A stretch of 63,745 nucleotides of DNA, filler included, from Octopus bimaculoides (taxonomy: Eukaryota): NCBI RefSeq assembly GCF_001194135.2. It is 7 parts of 5 records of this genome, joined end to end, with 100 filler letters (N's around TTAATTAATTAA, not from the genome) between each part and the next. Parts side by side here need not be neighbours in the genome. Positions count along the whole stretch, not along the records: positions 1 to 23,532 come from NC_069004.1; positions 23,633 to 34,583 come from NC_068981.1; positions 34,684 to 42,520 come from NC_068981.1; 4 more parts are not named here. One strand, written 5' to 3'. Shown piece after piece: positions 22,932 to 35,545 of this stretch. The notes under the pieces are model-generated. The model was not told the origin of the DNA. It saw nothing but the letters and a program-made list of their open reading frames with translations, and did no database searches. The position numbers were made by a program, and so were the translations under genes. The stretch's first letter is position 1. Each line of letters starts with the position of its first letter.

Positions 22932-22971
22932 TGTTTTTGACTTTCACATGTGTGAAATTTTAGTTTTACCG

Positions 22972-22979
22972 CCGGAAGT
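22972..22979. promoter_or_regulatory. Ets/GABP-type consensus site CCGGAAGT upstream of the SULT start codon
   Basis: Perfect CCGGAAGT ~40 nt upstream of the ATG, at the edge of a CpG-containing first-exon region. Confidence 0.45.
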
Positions 22980-23532
22980 TGAATACATTCAAGGGAAATC
23001 ACTCTGAACAAACTATCAAGAAATCACTTTGAATAAATCTCCCAAGAAATAAAATTCCGGCAGAACTGAGTTTTAACATTTTAAAACATCTTTACGAAGT
23101 CAATAAAAGAGTCTAATCTATTCTATCATTTACTTACTATAATTAATTACAAAAACAAAGTCTGTAACGAAAAGGTAACTAATTAGGCATAACTTCCAGA
23201 AAATGGATACTTTTTAACGAAATTTTCAATAAATACCGTTTAGATGCTGTAAATTCAGAGTTTATAGGGATTTGTTACAGAAAATTTTTACCGAGGGGTT
23301 TCAAAATATTTAGACGATCCGGGTTTTTTTTTTTTACCTACATAACTTTCAAGAAAATGGGTATTTTTAATGAAAGTTGATACGGACACCTTTTAAACGG
23401 CATAGATTACGGTTATAAAGAAATCTGTGGGGGAAACTTTTTTCCGAAAGGGTAGGGAGAGGAGTTCCGCATCAAGAAGACCACATAAGTTGGCGATCTT
23501 ACGGTACGAGTCCTTAATATCGGCCTTTTCAG

Positions 23533-23632
23533 NNNNNNNNNNNNNNNNNNNNNNNNNNNNNNNNNNNNNNNNNNNNTTAATTAATTAANNNNNNNNNNNN
23601 NNNNNNNNNNNNNNNNNNNNNNNNNNNNNNNN
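23533..23632. other. Assembly spacer N44-TTAATTAATTAA-N44 (100 bp)
   Basis: The identical construct occurs six times (linker at 23577, 34628, 42565, 55748, 59575, 61653); the 12-mer places stops in all six frames. Confidence 0.97.
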
Positions 23633-23687
<55 letters not shown>

Positions 23688-25921
23688 ATGATGCTGATTA
23701 TGAGTGTTAACAAGAGGCTTGAGATAAAATACCCAGGGGAGCATTCTGCATGTTAACTACCGTATTCATAGAAAGCGACTTCCCTTTTTTTTTTAAACAG
23801 TATATTATCTGAGGAAGTTATGGTTGTTATTTCTTGTAGGTTGAGCGACTTCATATCTATTCCCTCTGCAGGCATTTATAAAATGTTTCTTAGTGAGAGA
23901 GAAAGACAGTTTCTTATTACACTGATTTCATCAGTGATTTCATATGGTGAGTTGTATCATATTACGTCCGTCTTTTAAAAGTGGTTATTAAATGTTTCTA
24001 CTGAGGATTCAAGGTCTGTATTGCAGTGACTGCATGAAAGTGTCTCATTGTTATATTCTGAGATCCCATTTAATATGACTTAGTCTGAGGATAGAATTAC
24101 GTTAATGTCTTCAGACACAATTGGATGGAATAACTCGATTTTAAATATATGTGAAGTAGGCTATTATTTTCTTTTACCGTTGTTACGTTCATGCCAATAG
24201 CTAATCTTAAACTGAATTGTTTAAATGCCGTTGATCCCTTTATTTTGATGTGTTAGCTGAATGCTTGTTCAAGTCCGTCATCCCTGTAAAGGTCCACACT
24301 AAGGCCACTAAGTGTTTTCTAGTGTGTTGAGTACGAACAAACTTAGTACTTTATAAGCTACGTGAATTAATAAGTTACCAATGATAATATCAAAACTGTT
24401 TGATCTTTATTCACACACATCTTTGGAAGGAGGAATCTTCTGGCATGCATGATGACATACAATCCGCTTATATGATATTTGTAAGGGATCTGGCAAAAAT
24501 GCATTTACATAAATAAAATTGTATCACAGCAGTTATCAAGCGAATTTGTGATGTCAAGATAAAAAAAAAATGCATTTCTTGTTTAGCCTCTTGTTAGCCT
24601 TATCGAGTAGACTTATTTATAATAATAGCATTCCGTCTTTTTCCTGTATGCAGAGAACTCATGCACCTTATCCAATATGTTCTTTCTTTAAGACAGTTGT
24701 GTGATTTAAGGGAATTTTAACTTCTATTTCTAGCAGATAGAACGACTTTATAGAGGTTCCCTTATTGGTTCGAAATGTCTGTTGTATCTCATATTGCTTG
24801 GCTGGTTGTACTAAAATCGTTTTGCTCGAGGTTAACCGGTCTACATTTGGATAAGTTGTTGAAATTGTTATTTATGGTTCTTTAATGTAATGGAGACTGT
24901 TTTCTTTTTAGTAATGTTGCTTAGTTCGTCTTTGTATAGTGTTTTGAAGCTCCCTTTCGTGCTTCCGCTTTGATTTCTTCGTTGTTTGTTTTTTGTATGA
25001 AGATGTGATAGTATTGTGTAAGAAGGTGTAAGTATTTAAGCTTGCTTACACTGCATAAGCATTCTGTTTTGTCAGTAAATACGATCTTCTCATGAACTTT
25101 GAAAAAACCTCACATGCTGCAAGAGAAAAAACACCCGGCGGCGCATGGGCCAATGTGTAAGTCTAATAACATCAGGTACCATTTAAAACTTTCAGTCGTT
25201 GTCTGTTATTTTTTTTACAAATTACCGATGAGTACATGGCCAATTAAGGGAAGTTGCTCAAAACCTTAGCGTGTGAGAGTATTTCTGGTTGTTACATGCA
25301 TAAACTAACCAATAAGGGATCTATTGTGAAACTATTCGACTTGCTCGATTTGAATGCTAGAAATATCTCCTTGAAACCACGTTTTAAACAAAGACCACAC
25401 TGGATAATATTGGTTTCAAATTTTGGCACAGGGTAGCGGTATATCGATTAAATCGACTCCAATACTAAACGGGTACTCGCTTTATCGATTCCGAAGGCAA
25501 AATCGACCTCGGCGGAAAACAGGTTACAGAATTCCCGAAAGAAATGTGTGAACGGTTTGAATGCCCTTTGATCACAAATTTGCTTGCTCAGAGTCGACTT
25601 GAGGTTAAATGACAACTACTTAACGATACATCGAGGATTCTTCTGCCGTATACAACAGATTAAGGTTGCGCAATTTCTCACTGAACAACCTCCACCAATG
25701 ATTTGTTTATAGTGATAAAATTTTTGTACTGAACACTAGCTCACTCCTTCCATTAAAGTCGACACGTGTCACACGTTAGATGTTGAAGTGATCGCAGGGC
25801 AACGTGAAATGAAATGTTTTGCTCAAGAACACACCAAACCTCCTGGTGCGGAAATCGAAACCACGAGCTCTCGATTGTGAGTGCAACATTAACCACTAGG
25901 CTACATGTCTTTATTATAATG

Positions 25922-26010
25922 ATACATACATACATACATACATACATACATACATACATACATTAGATTAGATTAGATTAGATTACATTACATTACATTA
26001 CATTACATTA
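25922..26010. repeat. Compound microsatellite (TACA)n(TTAGA)n(TTACA)n
   Basis: Direct reading. Other simple repeats: (GA)n 23633-23685, (CA)n 27945-28040, (TAC)n(TAA)n 30200-30300, (ACT)/(GCT)n 33508-33605, (CAT)n 36230-36275, (ATT)n(ACT)n 56390-56467, GA-rich tract 17270-17830. Confidence 0.95.
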
Positions 26011-27860
26011 CATTCAACTCTAAACCTGACTCATGGTTGCTGAAGTCTCTACACTTGGCAAATGTACCTGATACCTTAACTACAACGATTGAGAGTCTCA
26101 AAGATCTAGGCAACAATCCTCACGCATAACTGAGAGTGGAATGATGATCTCTGCTCTGATGTTTTAAATATTCCAGAGGGAATATTCTAAGGATATAATC
26201 TTTCTGTAATTCTGTTTATTTTGGCATTAAATTCATTATCAATTCTGTTACAAAAATCTAATAGCTACAAGCTAAGGTCTGCAATGGCTAGAGATACCAG
26301 AGTAACTTGTAATTTGTTTGTGGACGAAAATTTATACTAAAAGTGTTTACAATGCCAACATACAGCTGGATTTAAAAGCAACTTTTCCAACTGACAAAGA
26401 ATAGGATTTTTTCAAAACAAGTGTTCGTTTGTCAAACGTGGAAAATCACCCCACCCCTAAACCTGAAACCTGTGCACCAACGGTCTCATTATCTCTCCTG
26501 TTCCACCCAAAGAATGCTACAAATACCTTGGCATTGATAAAAAAATGTATCACACGAAGTGTGCTGTGAATAAAGGTAGATAGACCCGAGAATATCATAC
26601 CAGATTTAGAAAAATACGGCGGTCGGAACACTCTTCTGACAACAAGTCAATAACTCATAATTCATTTTCAGTATAAGTTCTGACACCAACATTTTGAATG
26701 CTTGATTGGTCTGTAGAGGAAATACACTCCATAGATTTTAAAACCTACAAGATCCTGATATCAAGTGGAAACTTCAACAGAAACAAAGATATTGACAGGC
26801 TCTGCATAAGAAAAGATGGAGTAAAAGCTTGAGATCAATGAAGGCAACCTTCGAATGTCATATAACATCTCTCAAACGGTGCCTGTCAAACAATAGCTGC
26901 AAATATATGTATAAACCTTGTACTGAAAAGCGAAGAGAGCAACATTTTGCTTGCGGGCAGTAGTTCCCTTACAATCTGAAAACAGCTGAACTAACATACC
27001 TCAATCACCTCAGGAAAATCTGAATGTGAAACGCTCAGTACATCAAAAAAGGTTATGCATGTGTGTTTTCCGAAGACTTGAAAATGACAGTAAATTCGGC
27101 ATGAAGTGCAACCTTTCCTAGACTCGTGACCACTGCATCACTTTACATTTCGCAGGCTATGCGTCTGCAATCCAAGAGTAGGATATTACTGCAAAATGTT
27201 AAATAAGCAAAAGATACAGTGAAGCCTTTGGAAACCCAAAATGCAATGGAAAATGTCGATTATGTCGCATTTCTATTGAAGACACACACGTTATTAGCAG
27301 CTGCTCAACAATGCTGTCAAGGTATTAACTCCCAATGCAACACGAACTGGTCTCTGAAACAATGACCAATGTCATCTGAAAAATAGACTGCTCAAGGTTA
27401 AATATAGAGAACACATTCCTGCTACTGCGTACATACATAAGCATTGACATAAGGGATATTGGCGAAACATTCACAACAAAACTTCTACAAAGTGCAAACG
27501 TAACAAGCTGGATATCATTGCTTGGAACATCAAGAACAAGTATTTACCGTCATAGAGATAAGCTGCCCTGTTGATGTAAATAACCTCTAAAATCAAAGAA
27601 AAAGAGAAAAACTACCGACAACTGCATCGAAAACTCTAGGTTCTTACCTACAATACACGTTTCTGTCAATAATAGTTGCTGCCCTTGGTTTTGTAAGTAA
27701 ATGCCTAAGTTGCAAGCTGGAAAGGCTGTGATTTTCAGAAAAAGAAATCAGCCAGCTAACACGCCCATTACAAATGCAGTCTGTAAGCGCAACAATAAAA
27801 ATACGTAAATTTTTTTTCTCAAGTTCAATATATGAGTTTGTTAACTACATTCCAACGATG
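26010..27860 (+). mobile_element. Decayed RLE-type (R4/Dong-like) non-LTR retrotransposon
   Basis: Ordered relics: DSWLLKSL, GIF*GYNLSVILFILAL, LFVD (YADD box), CYKYLGID, DIDRL..RKDG, CRLC zinc knuckle, IEISCPVDV and IIVAALG (RLE domain). Confidence 0.82.
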
Positions 27861-27941
27861 GTGCTTTGCATCATTGTTAGAAACCAGCTTCTTCCTTCTA
27901 CGAAGATACGAAGATTTTTCAAATATTTGAAAACAGAAGAG

Positions 27942-28043
<102 letters not shown>

Positions 28044-28920
28044 AACATACATCCGGACCGGCAGATGAAGCATTTTCTTCGTATACTCTGAGTAGTGTAA
28101 TTTTCTTTCAAAGGATTTATTTCAACCGTATATTTTCTCTGCAACGCGTGTCATTATGCTCAATGTTTCACTCTCTTCCAAAATGCTAATGGACATTCAA
28201 AGTCCAACATACCTCCACCTATTTCAATGGGATGGCTAATTAGTTCCACTTCATTTACTTATGTCTAATTTAGAAAATATCCCATTTTGATTTGATATTT
28301 TGGGTGAGAATGAATCCTAAAATGTAGGAATAAATTATAAATTTACAGTATGGAATTTTATGATAAATATTAAAAGATATTGTATGATGTTTAATTTAGC
28401 AAGCTGATATATAAAGTAATTATAATTACAATGTTAATTCTTGTTGAAGAATCGAATCAAAATTTTTGACTTCAGTAGTAAGTAACCTGCTTTTCGCAGG
28501 ACTACCCGTTGACAACCTGTTGTCTTAAATACTGGGATTTAAATGTAAGTCAGAAATTCATATATAATTTGAACACTGGATTTCAGTCAGGTACTTATCC
28601 AGCAAGTAATGGGCCAGTGGTTTGAATTCCAGCAATTCAATGTGATGAATGAAGATTTCATGCTCAAACTCGTATTTAGAGGGTTATAAAGTTATCGCCT
28701 GCATACATGCACACACACATACACACACACAGAGTTATTTCTCTCTTTGTTTCTCTGTTTAACGGTAATTTGTAAAAAAAAAAAATCCTCTGTGGCCAAC
28801 AATTTGAAAGAAAAAAAGATTTTGTTAAAACTGCATAACTATGGCTTTTAAAACGGTTCTATTTAATCGAAATAATGCTCAAAGTAACCTCAAATATCAC
28901 TTGAATATTTATTTTAACAC

Positions 28921-28960
<40 letters not shown>

Positions 28961-30017
28961 ACATACACACCACACACACAGAGAAGGTGATTCAAAAGTC
29001 CCTTTAGCATAACTACCAAGGTCAATTCTTAATGTGCAACTTGTCTCCTTCCCTCTCTATCCCTATATCACCGCTATCAAATTTGATATGTCAGAATTCT
29101 TGACATTAGGGAAAAGCCTGCCTCCACCTCATTTATGTTTATAGGAAACTCAAAAATCTACTATAACTTTAGGGTCTGACGAGAATAAGGGCTAACTGTT
29201 TTGTTAATTAATTGATTAATTACACAGTTTAATTTTTGTCTTTGGGCAGCAACTTATTTCCTATTTGCTTGCGCCAAGAAAGCCTGAAAAATGGCTAATA
29301 TTTCCTTCAGACTTTGCTTTCGTTACATTTATTCAAACCCCAAAGAATCCCTCTCAACACATGGCTATGATGCTCCACTACTACTCCTGCTCATCATCAG
29401 AGATGAACATATTGTCAGCTACTAAGGGACATGCTCAAATGGTTAAGGTCAAGTAACTGACAAACAAATCTGTGGTATTGAGCAGAATATCTACTATAAC
29501 GATATTTCTGCTTCAGCAACTCAGCACTGAATCTGTCTGAAATGTAATGGAGAATAGTTCAGGTTTATAACATTGATGTCCAGGTCACAAAAGCAAAGTT
29601 TAAAGGGAATGGTAGTCATTTCCTTTGATTTCTAGATAGAAGCAAGTAAGAAATAACAATTACTGACCAAAGACAAAAAATGTTTAAGTTTGTTACACAG
29701 TATTATGCATACAAACCAATGTATAGTAATGAAATAGTTCCTCTTGTTGTTTGAAACGATCGTAACCCAGAATAAACTTATGTCATTGCATTATCTTCAT
29801 TGTTTTTAGTCTGACTGCTATTAAACTCTGTGATTAATACACCAACCACTTGATTGGTGAATGAACTCGAAATTACGGGTTTTATAGATTGCTCCAAAGA
29901 TTTAACTTGTGCAGAGTCCCATCGTTCTCACTTGACATTTTATTAGCCAAGCTAAGTATTCGCCTGGATTTAACCAATCCTCACCATGTGTGTGTATGTG
30001 TGTGTGTACGTGCGCAG

Positions 30018-30056
<39 letters not shown>

Positions 30057-30201
30057 GAAATTCTCCATTAGCTTCCCTCTCAACTTCATACGGCTTCACA
30101 GCACTGAGGATGTAGTAGAGTGATACTGTTGGAATGTGCCAAAATCATGATGATTCTCAGTTGATAGCTGAAAATGAAGATTTCCCGCTGCAGAACGTAG
30201 A

Positions 30202-30251
<50 letters not shown>

Positions 30252-30469
30252 ATAATAATAATAATATTAATAATAACAATAATAATAACCACAACAATAA
30301 CAATAAATAACCTAGAATATCTTATTAACCTTGAAATCTTAATCAGTTCATCTTTAAATATGTTTTCCACAATGCATTTCTTGTTTTTAGAAAAGAATAT
30401 CTTGACGTATTTCTCAAACCGTCAATAATAAAAACATAAATAAATTCACTACCAACAATAAACACAGCA

Positions 30470-30870
30470 GTAATGAAAATAATGTTACATTGTTTCTGGT
30501 TGTTCAACCTGTGCCAAAACTGTCTATATAAACAGACATAACTGAGTTGGCGGTTTTGTACACTGGAAACAAAGCCAAAATTATGGAATATGTTCATGAA
30601 AGAGATGGCATAAATACGTACTTCAAAAAGACCATGTTCTCTGATATGCCGGTTTCTACAGGCGGATATATGTAAGTCAATTGCCCAGATATTATTGTCA
30701 AAGACCACCAGGAAAAGAATGCTTCCTAATTTCAATGGGTGACAGTGTATCGCCGAAAGAAATAGATAAAATATTCAAATGTAAAGACTTGGAAACAGAG
30801 ATATCTACATTTTAAGGATTGTATAACAGAATCAACCCCCATAATAATAAGTGCCTCTGGAATGATATAA
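30470..30870 (+). mobile_element. RLE-type LINE C-terminal fragment
   Basis: VSGCSTCAK..YINRHN, PDIIVKDHQEK, DSVSPKEIDK...KDLETEI; same family as 42150-42520. Confidence 0.7.
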
Positions 30871-32002
30871 AAAAAGATGCAGGCAATTGAGTGTAGGTAT
30901 GATTGGCTTTTACAACTAAATGCTTCTAAAATCGATCACACGACGCAGCACCCACGGACAGTGTCGCTCATGTTGAGTTATATCTTGTGAGTAGAATATG
31001 GTAGTCAGAAACTGCTTCAATCACACAGACCGCATCTACTATACGGAGGTAGCTACAGACACCATTATAACTTCATCCTGAAGATAAAACTAGAAACGTT
31101 GATGCTGGATTTGGGAAATTTTCTCTTAAACTGCTACGAACCCATACATAAATGTAATACACACGCGTACGTCCAAGCACACATACACACACGCATGCAC
31201 GCAATGTATATGCATGTGAGTGGATTGATGTGTGTCTGCATCAATGTTTATACGCATGTTTGTATCCTTTTCTAATGTGTGTAGGCAATGAAAGTAAGTA
31301 TTGGCCATTAAAAATTCATCAGGATTTTTCGAGAAGTCCTTTGGGATATTCATTCTATACTAAGTTACAGATGCTCCCTTGTTATTATCACTGTTGTAAA
31401 CATAATGAATAATTGATTGACTCATTGTAAACCCATAACCAACGATGCTAATGCCAACAAATTGCCATACAAAACAAACAAAAAATATATAAATACACAC
31501 ACACAACCCAAACCTCACGATTTATACGCAAGCGTAATATATAGAAATAGCATAATCAGGCAGTGCGCATATATCATAGAGGCTACTGAAATGCAATACT
31601 TAAATACATTAAAAGAAGATCACAAACAAAAGAAAGAGGCACTACACTCACACAGCGCTTCTCTCAATTGTGCTGTGAAATTACAACATAAGATTACTAA
31701 AATAACAATTACGATAATGATTTCTTATGTTTACAAGTTACACAGTTCATGACAAAGATAAAGCCGATTAGATCGCTTTCAATACTTGACCGTTACTTAT
31801 ATTATTGACCCAGGGAGGATGAAACATAAAGTCAACTTTGGTAGAATTTGAACACTGAAATGAAAGGTACTTTACAAATTACTATTTGGCATTATGTCAA
31901 ACGCTTTGCAGATCCATCTTTTATCTTTTACTCCTTTCGGTCGAACTAATTGATCCTAGTGCTTATTCTATCCGTGTCCTTTGCGCAACCGCTAAGTTAT
32001 GG

Positions 32003-32121
32003 GGCTTACTGTACTTAGTTTTCCCAAACGGCCACCCATCTAAGTACTAACTAGGCTCGCCGTTGCTGAACTTCGGTGATCAGACGAGAGCCGGTGTTTT
32101 TAACGTGTCATGGCCATTAAT
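32003..32121 (-). pseudogene. 5S rRNA-derived sequence (full length, degenerate), fused to a SINE tail
   Basis: Minus strand reads ...GGCCATGACACGTTAAAAACACCGGCTCTCGTCTGATCACCGAAGTTCAGCAACGGCGAGCCTAGTTAGTACTTAGATGGGTGGCCGTTTGGGAAAACTAAGTACAGTAAGC, colinear with metazoan 5S rRNA including box A and box C. It is solitary, has a damaged helix I and has no oligo-T terminator. Confidence 0.9.
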
Positions 32122-32650
32122 ATGCTTAAAACCAACTAATGTTAATAGGGACGAATTTTCTACCGTAAAAGCAATTTCCCTACTGAAATCCATAAATTTT
32201 ATCGTGGAATCTTGAAATTTCCCCTCTAGGTAAATTTTTCCCAGGTTAACAGCTGTGGTCGCAGAAACAAGGATAGAAATATGTTCTTCGACAAAATGAA
32301 TTAATACATTTGTTAAATGATGTGTTACATAATATTTCTAGTTTCTAAAGTTGATAAATCAATTTGCCTGAATTGTCCACTTAAACAAGACTTGATCACA
32401 CGTAAATTCAGTGTTACAAATACAGTTTTTTACATTTTTACAGTTTGCAATTTCTCTTTTATACACCAACTCACGTACACCCACATGATCTCTTTCCCCC
32501 ACTCTCTCTCTCACACACACACATCTATGTATATATATTAATACATAAATGGTAATGGTAAGTGTGCATGTTTGTGGTATAAGACATATATATTTGTATT
32601 TGAGTGTTTAGTATGTACGTATGCATTTGTGGAGCTACTGTACACACGCG

Positions 32651-32689
<39 letters not shown>

Positions 32690-33535
32690 GCACACACTGC
32701 CATATAATCTGATTTTACATGACTTAATAACAAATTACTACATCATATTCTTTTCAAAGTCAGAGGTGAATGGTATTAAACCATTATTACTCAGAGATGG
32801 ATCTACTGCTAAAGTAGGAAGACTTGTATTCTCAGAAAATTGTCATCTAATGATCATAATTAGAAAATAGCAACAACAAAAAGGAAACCGAAACGAGCAA
32901 ACCATTTTAGTTAACCAATTCTAATTTCCTTTAAATTTCAATTTCACATTAAATAAGACTAATTTTCTTCCACGTCAACATATTTGTATAATCTTGTTAA
33001 AAGAAAAGAAAGAGAAAAGAGCTATTGATAATATTACCAAGACAAGCCGACATTAATTATTGCAAGTTCAAATAGTCTATCTGGCTACACTTCGAGTTTC
33101 ACATACTATTTAGTCTTTCGTTATTGGCATAACCATTTGAAAAGACCAAACTTCTAATTATCTTTGCTTTATAAACGTGGTGAAAGCTTAATTTAATACA
33201 ATAATTAGGGTCCATTATATGCATGTATATATGTATGTATGTGTGCGTGTGCGTATGTATGTGCATGTGTGCGTGTGCGTGTGCGTGTGCGTGTGCGTGT
33301 GCGTATGCGTGTGTGTGTAAATATCTTTCAAAGGTTATGTACAGTTTGCTAGAAGTTTCATCTGGAGACCAATATGGCTGAATCCAGAATTATTAGATAA
33401 CCTTTGAAATATAAATTAACACATACTGCGTTCAGTTCCGATTTTTTCTCGTTTCTTTTTATTATTTCGATCTGCAGATACCTTTGCCATATCATCAAGG
33501 ATATCTCAACTACCACCACCACTACTACTGCTGCA

Positions 33536-33580
<45 letters not shown>

Positions 33581-33623
33581 ACTACTACTACTACTACTAC
33601 TACAAGTATATGCCTTTATACAC

Positions 33624-33835
33624 ACGTTAGCGAACAGGGCGAAACGCTTAGCGGTATTTCGTCTGCCGTTACGTTCTGAGTTCAAATTACGCCGAGGTCG
33701 ACTTTCCCTTTCATCCTTTCGTGGTCGATAAATTAAGTACCAGTTACGCACTGGGGTCGATGTAATCGACTTAATCCCTTTGTCTGTCTTTGTTTGTCCC
33801 CTCTATGTTTAGCCCCTTGTGGGCAATAAATAAAT
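33624..33835 (+). mobile_element. SINE family C, near-intact copy
   Basis: All CpGs retained; tail GTCCCCTCTATGTTTAGCCCCTTGTGGGCAATAAA. Confidence 0.9.
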
Positions 33836-35069
33836 AGTACATATTGGTAATAATAATAACAATGTTAGAAGGAATTTGTTGTACTCCCCTTCCCACGTGT
33901 CAGTCGTTGTAGGGAGGTCGGTAGCAGTAGAGTCGTTGTACGAGTTCTCAGTCGGAGTCAGTGTCAGTTACGTGATATATACGGGTTCGAGCACGATAAA
34001 CGAGTCAAAGATAAGACGCGGAATACCGCCACAACATGATAGTGTCGACAAGAATATTACAGTACCGACAATAGCATACAAGTTGACGAGGTTCTCACAT
34101 TATAACATTGGTTTATTTATATACAAGTGCAGAAAGTATTCGAATTTCAAGCGAAATGAAATGAAATGGCACGAAAAACAAAAAAAATTATGTGCAATAA
34201 AGTAGAAATTTTACGTTATCAGATTTAAGAATATTTCGTCTGGTGCTGGAGAATACTTTTTACTTTATTTTATTGATTCCATTCCATTTCTTTTAATTTC
34301 GTTGGAAATTTGAAGATTTTCTTTACTATATCTGTATATAAATAAACCACGGAAAAATTCCGCCTACACTTTTTTCTGCAAAATAGGGGTAGTTTATCCT
34401 GTTCAGGCTATATTATCAGCATTATCCTGCGTTTGGGAATTAAAAATCACTTCTTTAACTTTCTAAGACATCTCAACGCTTCTAAAAGCAAACTTCGTTT
34501 GTTTGTTTACGTTCATCGTAATTTGAACTGCAAATATACTATTCTGTACACTATAAAAAAAGAACGTTTTATTCATATATATANNNNNNNNNNNNNNNNN
34601 NNNNNNNNNNNNNNNNNNNNNNNNNNNTTAATTAATTAANNNNNNNNNNNNNNNNNNNNNNNNNNNNNNNNNNNNNNNNNNNNCGACGGGCTTCTTTCAG
34701 TTTCCGTCTACCAAATCCACTCACAAGGCTTTGGTCGGCCCGAGGCAATAGTAGAAGACACTTGCCCAAGATGTCACGCAGTGAGACTGAACCCAGAACC
34801 GTGTGGTTCGTAAGCAAGCTACTTTATTTCATATAATATTTGCCATGAAGGCATTACAAAGAGAGGACGAACAAAGACAGACAAACATAAAAAAATGTAG
34901 TAGCTGCTATAACGTTTAACATTTCTGATAAATTTCTGATGCGATTTAAAAATTACAAATACAATTTACCGATTATATTTTACAAATTACGAATTACAAG
35001 TTGCTCATTACAAGTTACCTGCTACTCATTGAAATTTGCAATGATTTTTCTGAAGGAAAGGCATCTGAC

Positions 35070-35545
35070 CACCAGGGTAGACTCCTTGCTTTCTCTTTTC
35101 TTTTTTTTTTGGCCTCCACTTACTTGGTGTCAAACACTCCCAGCTTCCTTGCTACTGGCTTCCATCTTCTCGTGAATCAATCTCGTGACAGGTACTTCTT
35201 CTCCAACCTGATCTTGCTGCTGAGGTGGTAACTAAAAAAGTTAACCAACCCTTGGTCGGACACAAAGGTACCCGTCACTATGCCTCTCACACACGTCTTC
35301 CATACTGTTTCTTTCAGTATGGCTACTACGCAGAAAAAGCAAGCCATCCTTTCCCTGTTAAGGGAAGGAGGCGGCACAATCTCGATGACAGACTCAGCTG
35401 ATAGCTGAACTCTTCCCATCGATGACAACAGTTGCTCTGTGAAAACTATCAGTCCCGTTAATTCCAGACATTCCACAAATGCGTGCAAGACAGTTTCCCT
35501 GTCCTGTCCGCACCTCGGACATATCGGATGGCTAAAGATAGACAC
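35070..35545 (-). mobile_element. L1/Tx1-clade LINE 3' end (CCHC knuckle)
   Basis: CPRCGQDRETVLHAFVEC followed by a hydrophobic C-terminal region typical of Tx1 ORF2. Confidence 0.8.

Noticed and set aside
22561-22947. 128-aa alternative-frame ORF overlapping SULT exon 1
   Set aside because: It starts at GTG (prokaryote-style call), has no recognisable motif, and is a shadow of the real exon.
30086-30370. Poly-Ser/Ile ORF (likewise poly-Ala/Thr 33404-33679, poly-Tyr 44295-44549)
   Set aside because: Translations of trinucleotide microsatellites.
32003-32121. Functional 5S rRNA gene
   Set aside because: Solitary, helix I broken (5' ATTAAT), many substitutions including in box C, no oligo-T terminator, fused to a SINE tail.
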